Assembly: GCA_963818475.1 (NCBI GenBank)
Contig: CAWFSF010000002.1
Span: 64,001 to 128,000, forward strand
Length of the DNA stretch: 64,000 bases
Origin: Nitrospirota bacterium
Lineage (GTDB): Bacteria > Nitrospirota > UBA9217
Reading direction: 5' to 3'
A program made the position numbers and the translations under genes. Below are positions 31,792 to 40,757 of this stretch, in pieces. A model generated the notes under the pieces. It searched no databases and was not told the origin of the DNA. It saw nothing but the letters and a program-made list of their open reading frames with translations. Positions within the stretch are counted from its first letter, which is position 1. Every line of letters begins with the position of its first letter.

Positions 31792-32233
31792 TTTTTGCAA
31801 TCCTCTTCCCGGTCTGCTGCTCTTTTATATATAGCTCAGAAAATTCATCTCCGCAGGATTGCCGTCTGCAGGTAGGCAGGGCGCTGCTAAAATCGGCGTC
31901 TGTTTAAATTCTCCACTCAGAAGCATTGTGCGGGCATTTTCGGCGCCCCAGCCGATCTCCTGACCGGAAAATATTTCCATTTCCGTCATGACCGTGAAAA
32001 GATATTCAGGATGCTTTATTTGTGGAACAAGCTAATTTCGAGGAGAGCGGCAACAGGAAAATATCAGGGAAAGAAAGGCAGGACAACAGCACTTCTACTG
32101 CGCGATGGAAGCCGGCAGCTGCCGCGAAGAAGAATGATCAGCAGGCCATGCTGACGCTCAGCCAAGGGTCTGCTCGACGGATGGGTGAAATGTCACGGGA
32201 TGTTCAGATAGGAAGAACAGCGTGCAGGTGTTG

Positions 32234-32911
32234 TTATTGCTTGAACTTATACCCGACCCCGGGTACCGTAAGAATATACTCCGGTTCGAGCGGATTCCGT
32301 TCGATCTTCTGCCGGAGATGCTGAATGTGAACGTCAATGACCCGGCTCCATGAGTAGATCTGCGACTCCTTCCAGATCGTTTTTCGAATAAACTCCCTGC
32401 GCAACGGCTCGCCCCGGTTCGTGATAAAGAGAATAAGCAGGTCATATTCCTTCGGCGTCAGCTCCACGGTCCTGTCCCCGACGCTCACCATGCGTGCCTT
32501 GAAATCGACGACGAGGCCGTCGACCCTGATCTTCTCACCGGACGGCGCAGAGCGCCTCAGACAGGCCCTGATCCGCGCGAGGAGCTCGATCGTTTCAAAG
32601 GGTTTCACGATATAATCGTCGGCGCCGCTCTCCAGGCCGATGACCTTGTCCGGCACCCGGTCCTTCGCCGTAAGCATGATGACCGGCACCTTCGGGCAGC
32701 GCTGTTTGAGGTCTTTGCAGATCTCGATGCCGTCGCCATCCGGAAGCGTGAGGTCGAGAATGATGAGCGCCGGGAGCTGCTTGTTCAGGGCATCCCGCGC
32801 CGCTGACCAGCTTTCCGCCAGGACCAGATCAAAGCCATAGAGCTCCAGATTTGCCTTGAGCACCCGGCGAATATCCGCATCGTCATCTATCGCAAGCAGC
32901 TGTGTCTTCAC
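32234..32911 (-). CDS. OmpR-family response regulator
   Basis: GTG start; REC domain (IDDD, LDLTLP, GADDYIVKPF) and wHTH (IDVHIQHLRQKIE, TVPGVGY). Confidence 0.93.
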   Translation of the reverse strand: MKTQLLAIDDDADIRRVLKANLELYGFDLVLAESWSAARDALNKQLPALIILDLTLPDGDGIEICKDLKQRCPKVPVIMLTAKDRVPDKVIGLESGADDYIVKPFETIELLARIRACLRRSAPSGEKIRVDGLVVDFKARMVSVGDRTVELTPKEYDLLILFITNRGEPLRREFIRKTIWKESQIYSWSRVIDVHIQHLRQKIERNPLEPEYILTVPGVGYKFKQ

Positions 32912-34520
32912 GGTCCGCTCCTCTCTCCCTCGTTCTCGGGATCCGGAACCAGAACCGGCTCCCCCCGTCCTCTCCGTCTTCCACGCCGATCGCTCCGCCG
33001 TGCGACTCGATGATCCCTTTGCAGATCGAAAGCCCGAGCCCCGTCCCCCCCTGGGTGTCCTTCGTATAGAACTGCCTGAAGATCGCCTCCCGCTCGTCCG
33101 GGGCAATGCCGGCCCCCCGGTCCTCCACCGCGGCGTAGACAGATTCGTCGCGGCAGGTGAGGGAGACGGTGATCTGCGAGGACGGCGGGCCGAAGTTCAA
33201 GGCGTTCGAGAGGAGGTTGGTCAGCACCTGCTTCATCCGGTCCTCGTCCACGATGGTCGTGACATCCATGGCATGCAGCCGGATGGATAGGTTCTTTTCC
33301 CCGGCCAGCGGCTTGAATCCCGTAATAACCTCCTGAAAGACCTCCTTGAGGTTGACTTCCCGGAAGTTCATTTCAACGGTGCCCAGCTCTATCCGCTCAT
33401 AGTCGAGGATGTTGTTGACCAGCCTGATGAGCCGGTCCGCGTTCTTTTTTATCATCTCGAAAAAAACGAGCAGGTCCCGGTCTTCCTCGAATTCCCGCTG
33501 GGAGAGCTTTACGGACAGATAGTCCATGGCGCCTTTGATGGCGGTGAGCGGCGTACGCAGCTCATGGGAGGTCTTGGCGATGAAATCGGACTTCGACCGG
33601 GAGGACCGGGCGAGCGCCTCATTCTTGTCGGTGAGCTCCTGGGTCGCCGCCCTGACCTTTTCCTGGAGACAGGAATGGTACTCATCGAGGGTCTTCGCCA
33701 TCTCGTTGAAGGTCCTGCCCAGGGCCTCGATCTCGTCACCATCGCGCTTCCGGGGAAGAGACGCCCTGCCCGCTTTGGAGAAGGCGGCCATCTGCGTTCT
33801 TATTCTGCTGATGGGGTTGATGACGATGCGGCGGGTGACCAGGAAGAGCGTCAGGACCGTGATCACGCCGACCACGATCAAACCGCCGACCATGAAGCGC
33901 CGATCGGCGGCGCTCATTTCGACGAAGGAGTCTATGGGCAGGGAAACGCTGATGGCCCCCCTCACATCGCCGACCTTGTATCCCTGGTGGTTGTGGCATT
34001 CCAGGCAGGCCTGTTCAATATACAGCGGGGCGATGTAGCGGTAATAGTACGACGAGCCCATGCGCTCCGTCGTCGCCGCCTCCTTCACCTGCTTCGTTTC
34101 GAAATCGACGAGCGCCGCCCGCTCAAAGGCATCGGGCGCGTTTTCCGGATTGATGAGCTTCAGGCTCGTGATATGGAAGACGTACAGTTTCTCGCGCTCC
34201 GCATACTGGGAGAGCTGCTTGGTGACCATTGCCGGGTTCTCTTTTACGTAGCGCTTCCCCGTTACATCGGTGATGGAGGCGTTCCGTAAATAAGGGTTCA
34301 GCTCCATCCAGGGCAGTTTTTCAACGTAAACACCGCCGTGTTCGGCCACCCAGCGCCGCGTAATGACCACCTGCTTGAACAAGGCCTTTGCCTGCATGTT
34401 GATCTGGGCCATGACCAGCTGTTCATGCTTCTGGTAGATCACCCGGAACGTCGAGCCCAGAACGACAACAAGCACGACCGTGATGAACAGTGCGTATTTA
34501 AGGCTAAGAGAAAATCGCAT
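32883..34520 (-). CDS. sensor histidine kinase with DUF3365 c-type heme domain and HAMP
   Basis: HGGVY, ENPAMVTKQLS, CLECH, SHELRTPL, GTGLGL. Confidence 0.92.
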   Translation of the reverse strand: MRFSLSLKYALFITVVLVVVLGSTFRVIYQKHEQLVMAQINMQAKALFKQVVITRRWVAEHGGVYVEKLPWMELNPYLRNASITDVTGKRYVKENPAMVTKQLSQYAEREKLYVFHITSLKLINPENAPDAFERAALVDFETKQVKEAATTERMGSSYYYRYIAPLYIEQACLECHNHQGYKVGDVRGAISVSLPIDSFVEMSAADRRFMVGGLIVVGVITVLTLFLVTRRIVINPISRIRTQMAAFSKAGRASLPRKRDGDEIEALGRTFNEMAKTLDEYHSCLQEKVRAATQELTDKNEALARSSRSKSDFIAKTSHELRTPLTAIKGAMDYLSVKLSQREFEEDRDLLVFFEMIKKNADRLIRLVNNILDYERIELGTVEMNFREVNLKEVFQEVITGFKPLAGEKNLSIRLHAMDVTTIVDEDRMKQVLTNLLSNALNFGPPSSQITVSLTCRDESVYAAVEDRGAGIAPDEREAIFRQFYTKDTQGGTGLGLSICKGIIESHGGAIGVEDGEDGGSRFWFRIPRTRERGADREDTAACDR

Positions 34521-34526
34521 TAAACA

Positions 34527-35390
34527 TCACCGCAGGGTCTCGATCAGGGTGAAGACAAAGATGGTGACACTGATGTAACCGTTCATGTTGAAGAAAGCCA
34601 TGTCGAGCTTCGAGAGGTCGTTCTCTTTTACCAGCGTATGTTCGTAGATGATGAGAAGCAGCGCAATAACGACTCCGGCATAATAGAACAGCCCCAGGGA
34701 ACACAAGAAGCCAAGCCAGAAAAGAGCCGCCATGGTGACGGCGTGCGACGCGCGCGAGATCCAGAGCGAGCGACGGACGCCGAATTGTTGAGGAATGGAG
34801 TGAAGGCCGGCCTTGACGTCGAACTCGCGGTCCTGCAGCGCATAGAGCACATCGAACCCCAGGAGCCAGAACAGGACCGCTGCGCCGAGCACGAGCGCGG
34901 GCCCTTCGATCCGGCCGGTGATCGCGATCCACGCGCCGATGGGAGCGAGGCTTATGGCGAGGCCGAGGAACGCATGCGACAGGAACGTGAACCGCTTGGT
35001 ATAGGAATAGAAGAACACGACCGCAAGCGCCACCGGCGAAAGATAAAAGCTGAGCGGGTTCAGCATATATGCCGCGATGATCAGGACTGCTGAGGAAACC
35101 AGGGTAAAGACCATCACCTGCAGCGGCGACACGAGCCCCTGCGGCAGGGCGCGTATTTTGGTGCGCGGGTTCTCGGCATCGAACGCACGGTCGGCCCAGC
35201 GGTTGAAGCCCATGGCAGCAGAACGCGCCCCGACCATGGCGACGGTGATCCAGAGGATCTGGCTCCCGGTCGGCAGTCCTTTGGCCGCGAGCAGCGCGCC
35301 GGTGAAGGCGAAGGGCAGCGCAAAGATGGTGTGTTCGAACTTGATCATCTCGAGGATGATCTTGATCTTGTTGAGCATGTCGGCAATCAC
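34527..35390 (-). CDS. ubiA: UbiA-family polyprenyltransferase (MqnP-like)
   Basis: IKFEHTIFALPFA, FNRWADRAFDAENPRT and YALQD motifs. Confidence 0.9.
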   Translation of the reverse strand: MIADMLNKIKIILEMIKFEHTIFALPFAFTGALLAAKGLPTGSQILWITVAMVGARSAAMGFNRWADRAFDAENPRTKIRALPQGLVSPLQVMVFTLVSSAVLIIAAYMLNPLSFYLSPVALAVVFFYSYTKRFTFLSHAFLGLAISLAPIGAWIAITGRIEGPALVLGAAVLFWLLGFDVLYALQDREFDVKAGLHSIPQQFGVRRSLWISRASHAVTMAALFWLGFLCSLGLFYYAGVVIALLLIIYEHTLVKENDLSKLDMAFFNMNGYISVTIFVFTLIETLR

Positions 35391-35402
35391 TCCAAAAAGA
35401 AT

Positions 35403-35916
35403 TTAACCACGGAGACACGGAGGCACGGAGAAAACATAATTGCAGCTTTGTGATAAGAAGTCCGGCTAGAGGACCAGCCTCTTAATTCCTTCCTTGATGA
35501 GACGCGAATGAAAATTAAGGATCAAACCAACTTTCAAACCTGACAGCCTAAGATAGGTCAAAAGCTGAGCTTCATGGATAGGTATTATCTTCTCAACACA
35601 TTTAATTTCAATAACCACCTTGCCGGCAGCAACCACGTCCATTCGATAACCGCAATCGAGCGTTATGCCTTTATACTCCAGGGGCAAAGCCCTCTGTCTC
35701 TCGACATGCACGTTCTGCAGCTTTAATTCGTGGCAATAACACTCCTCATATGCTGACTCCAGCAGACCGGGACCGAGATGTCTATGGACTTCCATGGCAC
35801 AGGCTATAAGCTTTTCTGTCAACTCTTCCTGCTGCAGCATGATGGCGCCCCACCTTCTGAGGATCACTGGCTGCCGAGCATCGGCAGTCTCCGTGCCTCC
35901 GTGACTCCGTGGTTAA
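35403..35916. mobile_element. putative GxxExxY cassette bounded by 29-bp terminal inverted repeats of 9-nt period
   Basis: TTAACCACGGAGACACGGAGGCACGGAGA (35403-35431) versus TCTCCGTGCCTCCGTGACTCCGTGGTTAA (35888-35916), one mismatch. The enclosed gene is more AT-rich than its neighbours. Confidence 0.65.
35466..35840 (-). CDS. GxxExxY protein (PD-(D/E)XK nuclease-like)
   Basis: LGPGLLESAY, RMD...IEIK, AQLLTYL, GLILNF. Confidence 0.93.
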   Translation of the reverse strand: MLQQEELTEKLIACAMEVHRHLGPGLLESAYEECYCHELKLQNVHVERQRALPLEYKGITLDCGYRMDVVAAGKVVIEIKCVEKIIPIHEAQLLTYLRLSGLKVGLILNFHSRLIKEGIKRLVL

Positions 35917-35926
35917 TTGACTGTTT

Positions 35927-36821
35927 TTACTCGCTTGCCTCTTCCCCCACTCCTCGATCTTTTTCCTGATCTCCGGCATGGCCTTCTGCGTGGCTTCGAT
36001 CCCCGCCTGCATGCAGCGCTTCTTCTGGGTGAAATCGAGCATGGCCACGTCTGCCGACCTGCGGCGTGATGAGCACATCGGCCTCTTTTTTCTTGTACCG
36101 TACGTTCTCACTGAACATGATGTTCACGGCCTGGAGCATCACGTCGACGAGATTGGTGATATTGAAGTTCGCCACATTCTCGCTGATATCCACGGCGATC
36201 ACGATGTCCGCGCCTTTCTCGCGAGCAACAGCGATCGGGATATTGTCCATCACGCCGCCGTCAACGAGCAGCCTGCCCTGATGCTCCACGGGATTGAACA
36301 CGCCCGGAATAGCGCTGCTGGCGTGCACTGCCTTCGCCACCGAACCCCGGTCGAGCACGACGCGCGTGCCGCGGTTCAGGTCGGTGGCCACCGCGGCAAA
36401 GGGCAGCTTCAGGTTCTCGATATTCGGCGCGGTGATCTTCGTTCTCACGAACTCTTCGAGCTTGTCGCCCTTGGCCAGTACCCATGCCGGTAAAGGCGTT
36501 CATGATGCCGTAATCGAAAAGACTGTCCTTCTCAAGCGGGAACGCGGTCCATTCGAGCTCGAAGCTGTTCAGGTCACTGGCATAGATCGCGCCGATAAGG
36601 CTGCCTACGCTCGTGCCGATGATCATGTCGATCGGGATCTTCTCCTGCTCGAGCGCCCGGATCACGCCGACATGAGCGAATCCCCGCGCTGCCCCGCCGC
36701 CGAGCACCAGCGCTATCTTCGGCTTTGGCATCTCAACAGGGGGCGGCGGCGGCATTGAAACGCAGGAAACGAGCATGCCCATGGTTGTTATTATGAGTGA
36801 TATCCGTCTTATCTTGTTCAT
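35927..36821 (-). CDS. patatin-like phospholipase lipoprotein; two frameshifts
   Basis: LVSC lipobox, GGGAARG, GTSVG and DGG motifs across ORF pieces. Confidence 0.88.
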
Positions 36822-36851
36822 CGTTACCTCATGTACTCTGAAAAGGAGATG

Positions 36852-36939
36852 TTACTTCTTACTTCTTACTTCTTACTTCTTACTTCTTACTTCTTACTTC
36901 TAACTTCTTACTTCTCACTTCTCACTTCTTACTTCTCAC
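36852..36939. repeat. heptamer tandem array (TTACTTC)n, about 12 units, overlapping the upstream gene's stop
   Basis: Directly visible, with TAACTTC and TCACTTC variants. Confidence 0.9.
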
Positions 36940-39541
36940 CCTTCTCCAGCAAAGCACCTACTTCCGCATACAGGTTCTTCACGATCCCGTCATAATCCCT
37001 GTCCCCCGGAAGGATCGGTTTGCCGAAGGATACCGTTACTTTTGCAGGCACCGGAACGCTTTTACCCGGCGCGAGCATTTCGTAGGTTCCCTTGATGGCA
37101 ACCGGGACGATCGGCACGTTCAGTTCTTTTGCAATGATGCCGACGCCTTTCTTGAACTCATGGAGCCTGTTGTCACGGGCCCGCATTCCTTCGGGAAAGA
37201 CACAGAGGACCTTGCCCCGGCGCAGCACATAGGCCGAGAGCTGGAGCGCATTGTAGAGCCGAGCGTCCATGTCCACCGGGATCACCTGGACCAGCTTCGC
37301 GAGCCGCGACGTGATCGGGCCGTCGAAGTAATCGCTGGCCCCCAGGAAGAAGGTCTGCGATCCGATCTTCCACGAAACCGCTGCCATGACCGACGGCGCA
37401 TCTGCATAGCTCGCATGGTTCGGGGCGATGATGAACGGCCCTTTCATCGGAAGGTTCCCTGATCCCCGGACCGAAAGCCGGCCATAGATTTTGAAGACGA
37501 TCTTCACGAAGAGCTTGATAACATAGCGGCCCATGTTCCAGACCGGCCCTGGCTCGAGGCTGAGGGTCTCTTTCACCTCGCCGGACGGGTCCTGGGCGAG
37601 GATCTCACCCCAGGACAAGCGCACCCGCGCGCCTGCTGCAGTCGGCCCCGCTGCAAGCATTTCCCGGACCCTGACGACCGCGTCCTTCACGGTAAAAACC
37701 TCGGAACCGAAGGACTCGGGCAGGCTGATGCCGAAGGTCTTCTCGATGCTCACCACGAGTTCCACACGCATGAGCGAATCGAGCCCAAGGTCGAGCTCAA
37801 GGTTGTCGTCGGGGACAATAGGTTTCTTAGCGGAAAAGGGCTCAAGGCAGGCAAGGAGCTTTTTCGCTTCAACCGTGTCGAAGAGGTCCGTATCGATCTC
37901 CGCAACGGGCTTCTCTGCCCGCTCTCCCTGTTCCCGATACAGGTCGGCGACCGCCTTCCGCCTGAGCTTGCCCAGCCGCGTTGCCGGAAGCGGGTCCTTG
38001 AAGATCTTGAGCCCGGTGATCCGTTTGTAGGGAGGAAGGTCTTTTGCCAGGTCTTCGATCTCGTAGGCAATGGTCTCGCGGGAGTTCGACAGGTTCATCT
38101 TGCGGAGGTATTCGAAATCGGGGACCACGGCAGCCTCGAGCCCGCGCTCGCCCTGCATGAGACAGATCTCCTTGATCTCCGGGACCTGCTTGTAGAATTT
38201 CTCGAGCTCTTCAGGAAAGATCTTCTTCCCCGTGGAGAGCACGATCATCTCTTTGGACCTGCCGGTTATGAAGAAGTATCCGTCCCGGTCGCGGTAGCCG
38301 AGGTCTCCTGAATAGAACCAGCCCTCCCTGAGCACCTCGGCGGTCTCAACCGGCTTGTTATAGTAGCCCTGCATCACGTTCGGCCCGCGGATCGCGATCT
38401 CTCCCTGGCCGTGCTCGTCGGGGTTCACGATCCTGACCTCAACGTCCGGCACGGGAATGCCGATGGATCCCGCCTTTTGTTTTTCCAGCGGATTGAACGT
38501 GGCTGCCGGGGACGTTTCGGTAAGGCCGTAGGCTTCAATGATGGTGAAGCCGAGGCGGGTCATGTCGATGAACACTTCGGGGTCGAGGCGGGCGCCGCCG
38601 CTCGTAAAGAACCTGAACGCCGGGCCGAATTTGGCGTGCACCTTGGCGAACAGCTTCTTTCCGATATTCACCTTCAGGTATCGGCGCAGCAGCCCGTTGA
38701 GGAGAAGCAGGAAGCTCACGATCCGGCGCACGACTAAAGGCTTTTTTCCTATCTCGTCGAAAATGGCGCGGCGAAGCCCGGCAAAGAACTGGGGAACGCC
38801 GAGCATGGCGTTCACGTTGGTCTCCTGCATACAGTGCATGATGTCCGGCCCCTTCAGGCTGTTCAGGTAGGTCACGGTCGTGCCCTGGGAAAGCGGCAGC
38901 ACAATGCAGGCCATGGACGGATAGGTGTGGTGCAGGGGAAGGATGCAGAGCACGTTGTCTTCGATCCGCAGAATGTCGAGCTTGATCAGGCTCTGCGCGT
39001 TCGACACCAGGTTGCCGTGCGAGAGCATGACTCCCTTGGGATCGCCGGTCGTGCCCGAGGTGTAGAGGAGCGCTGCCGGGTCGTCTGCTGACGGCGCTGA
39101 AGGCATCGCTGCATCGGGATGGGCCGTGAGCAGCGAGTGGAACGGCAGTCCTTCGCCGGGATCAAAGGAGAAGACCGGCTGATCGCCGCCCTCCGGCAAT
39201 TTCTCGCGGCATGCAGCGGACACGCAGATCGCTTTTGCGCCGGAGTTCCTGAGCAGCACCGCGACCTCTTTGTCCGTCAGCTGCGCGTCCATGGGCACGA
39301 TCACCGCTCCGAGCGCAACGACCGACAAATAGGCGAAGACCCACTCCAGCCGGTTCTCGGACAGGAGCGCGACCCGGTCGCCCTTTGCAATGCCCTGCTC
39401 CGCCAGCCCCTGGGCAGCTGAAGCCACGGCAGCAATAAGTTCGCTGTAGGAATAGCGCTGGTAGCGGTCGCCGACCTTCATCTGGATGGCGGTCTTATCA
39501 GGATAGCGCAGCGCCGTCTGTTGAATTCGGGACAGGATCAT
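36929..39541 (-). CDS. long-chain acyl-AMP ligase / acyl carrier / PlsC-type acyltransferase fusion
   Basis: YTSGTTGDPKG, YGLTETSP, LGLDSL (phosphopantetheine Ser), NHASYAD and FPEG. Confidence 0.9.
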   Translation of the reverse strand: MILSRIQQTALRYPDKTAIQMKVGDRYQRYSYSELIAAVASAAQGLAEQGIAKGDRVALLSENRLEWVFAYLSVVALGAVIVPMDAQLTDKEVAVLLRNSGAKAICVSAACREKLPEGGDQPVFSFDPGEGLPFHSLLTAHPDAAMPSAPSADDPAALLYTSGTTGDPKGVMLSHGNLVSNAQSLIKLDILRIEDNVLCILPLHHTYPSMACIVLPLSQGTTVTYLNSLKGPDIMHCMQETNVNAMLGVPQFFAGLRRAIFDEIGKKPLVVRRIVSFLLLLNGLLRRYLKVNIGKKLFAKVHAKFGPAFRFFTSGGARLDPEVFIDMTRLGFTIIEAYGLTETSPAATFNPLEKQKAGSIGIPVPDVEVRIVNPDEHGQGEIAIRGPNVMQGYYNKPVETAEVLREGWFYSGDLGYRDRDGYFFITGRSKEMIVLSTGKKIFPEELEKFYKQVPEIKEICLMQGERGLEAAVVPDFEYLRKMNLSNSRETIAYEIEDLAKDLPPYKRITGLKIFKDPLPATRLGKLRRKAVADLYREQGERAEKPVAEIDTDLFDTVEAKKLLACLEPFSAKKPIVPDDNLELDLGLDSLMRVELVVSIEKTFGISLPESFGSEVFTVKDAVVRVREMLAAGPTAAGARVRLSWGEILAQDPSGEVKETLSLEPGPVWNMGRYVIKLFVKIVFKIYGRLSVRGSGNLPMKGPFIIAPNHASYADAPSVMAAVSWKIGSQTFFLGASDYFDGPITSRLAKLVQVIPVDMDARLYNALQLSAYVLRRGKVLCVFPEGMRARDNRLHEFKKGVGIIAKELNVPIVPVAIKGTYEMLAPGKSVPVPAKVTVSFGKPILPGDRDYDGIVKNLYAEVGALLEKGEK

Positions 39542-39577
39542 GTCAGGCCTCTTGTGCGGCAGGTAGTCGACTGAACA

Positions 39578-39606
39578 AGAATATAGCGGTGCCGGAGGAT
39601 TGTCAA
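39578..39606 (-). promoter_or_regulatory. sigma70-type promoter (TTGACA-17-TATTCT)
   Basis: Consensus -35 at the correct spacing. Confidence 0.6.
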
Positions 39607-39653
39607 CGAGGATTTCAGCGGGGGGGAGCCGGGGCATCCCTTATGGCAGCAGA

Positions 39654-39908
39654 CTATTTTATTGCCTTCTTCACATCTTGGTCAGCCTGCTTCCATCCTT
39701 TTTTTGCGGCCTTATCAACGGCCTTTACGTCCTTCTTCGCCTTCTTATGCACAGGCTTGAACACTTTCTTCGCGTTCTTGTCGACGTCCTTTACCACCTT
39801 TTTCATTCCCTCGTGAACTTCCTTGAACCCTTCTTTTGCGTCATCGGCAAAGGCCATGGCCGGGGACAGGAATAAGGACAGGGCAAGTATGATCGCTACT
39901 CTCAGCAT
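39654..39908 (-). CDS. small secreted Lys-rich hypothetical protein
   Basis: AGGAG RBS, signal peptide ending AFA-DD, repetitive KDVDK/KAVDK amphipathic helix. Confidence 0.7.
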   Translation of the reverse strand: MLRVAIILALSLFLSPAMAFADDAKEGFKEVHEGMKKVVKDVDKNAKKVFKPVHKKAKKDVKAVDKAAKKGWKQADQDVKKAIK

Positions 39909-39945
39909 GTCAGTCTCCTTGCAGTGGATTGGATCGAACGCTGAC

Positions 39946-39974
39946 AACATACCGTGGTGCGAAGAATTTGTCAA
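39946..39974 (-). promoter_or_regulatory. sigma70-type promoter (TTGACA-17-TATGTT)
   Basis: Upstream of the RBS of the gene starting at 39908. Confidence 0.6.
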
Positions 39975-40021
39975 TATTGAAGAGACTCTTGGGGAGCTGT
40001 CATGCATAAACAGCATATTCC

Positions 40022-40153
40022 ACCACGGAGTCACGGAGGCACGGAGAAATTCATTGCCATTATCTATAAGGATTGATGGTGTTGTAACAGTCTATTTTCC
40101 CTCTCTCGATGTCATACCGCTTCTCCCTCTCCGTGCCTCCCTGACTCCGTGGT
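40022..40153. mobile_element. empty (MITE-like) copy of the GxxExxY cassette ends
   Basis: 26-bp inverted arms nearly identical to 35403-35916, around an 80-bp AT-rich non-coding core. Confidence 0.7.
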
Positions 40154-40167
40154 AAAGGTAATGTTCC

Positions 40168-40196
40168 TTGACTCTCCTTCACGTTTTGCCTACACT
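40168..40196 (+). promoter_or_regulatory. sigma70-type promoter (TTGACT-17-TACACT)
   Basis: Upstream of the CMD-family gene. Confidence 0.6.
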
Positions 40197-40247
40197 AGAA
40201 ATAAATATAGGATGTTTACAATACACACCCACGCCAAAGGAGGCGCT

Positions 40248-40571
40248 ATGCCGAAACTGCCGAATCAATACCTCACGAACCAGAAGCGCTACAAAGGAGT
40301 GATGAAAGCACTGGAGAATCTGGGGAAAGCCACGAAGGCCGCCGGCCCGCTGAACAAAAAAACATCAGAGCTGGTCCAGCTCGCTGCAGCAGCCACGGTC
40401 CATTCAGAAGGCTCGGTGCATTCCCATACGCGGCGGGCGCTTGCCGCAGGCGCGAAACCCGAGGAGATTCGCCATGCCGTGGTCCTGCTCACCAGCACCA
40501 TCGGCTTCCCCTCCGTCTCGGCGGCGCTCTCCTGGGTCGACGATGTGCTAGAAAAGAAGCGGCTTGTTTAG
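40248..40571 (+). CDS. carboxymuconolactone decarboxylase (CMD/AhpD-like) family protein
   Basis: AAGGAGG RBS; AGPL..K..ELV.LA...SEGSVHSH.RRAL..GA..EEI...TIGFP. Confidence 0.88.
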   Translation: MPKLPNQYLTNQKRYKGVMKALENLGKATKAAGPLNKKTSELVQLAAAATVHSEGSVHSHTRRALAAGAKPEEIRHAVVLLTSTIGFPSVSAALSWVDDVLEKKRLV

Positions 40572-40613
40572 TTCTGGATTTGCTGCAACAGCCTTGACAA
40601 AGTCAAAGTCGTC

Positions 40614-40728
40614 TCTCGCAAAGGCGCAAAGAGCGCAAAGAAAATCTTAAGTCACGGCTGGCCTTTGGTTTTAACCAAAAAAGACCTTGATCTAAGTTTC
40701 CCTTTGCGTCCTTTGCGCCTTTGCGAGA
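40614..40728. repeat. empty 9-nt-period inverted element (GCGCAAAG variant)
   Basis: TCTCGCAAAGGCGCAAAGAGCGCAAAG ... CTTTGCGTCCTTTGCGCCTTTGCGAGA. Confidence 0.85.
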
Positions 40729-40757
40729 AAAAGGTTTTGCCCTTTTAAACTATTATT

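Noticed and set aside
31800-32230. Possible small ORF or ncRNA in the long intergenic region upstream of ONR
   Set aside because: No convincing RBS, motif or recognisable RNA structure could be supported by eye.
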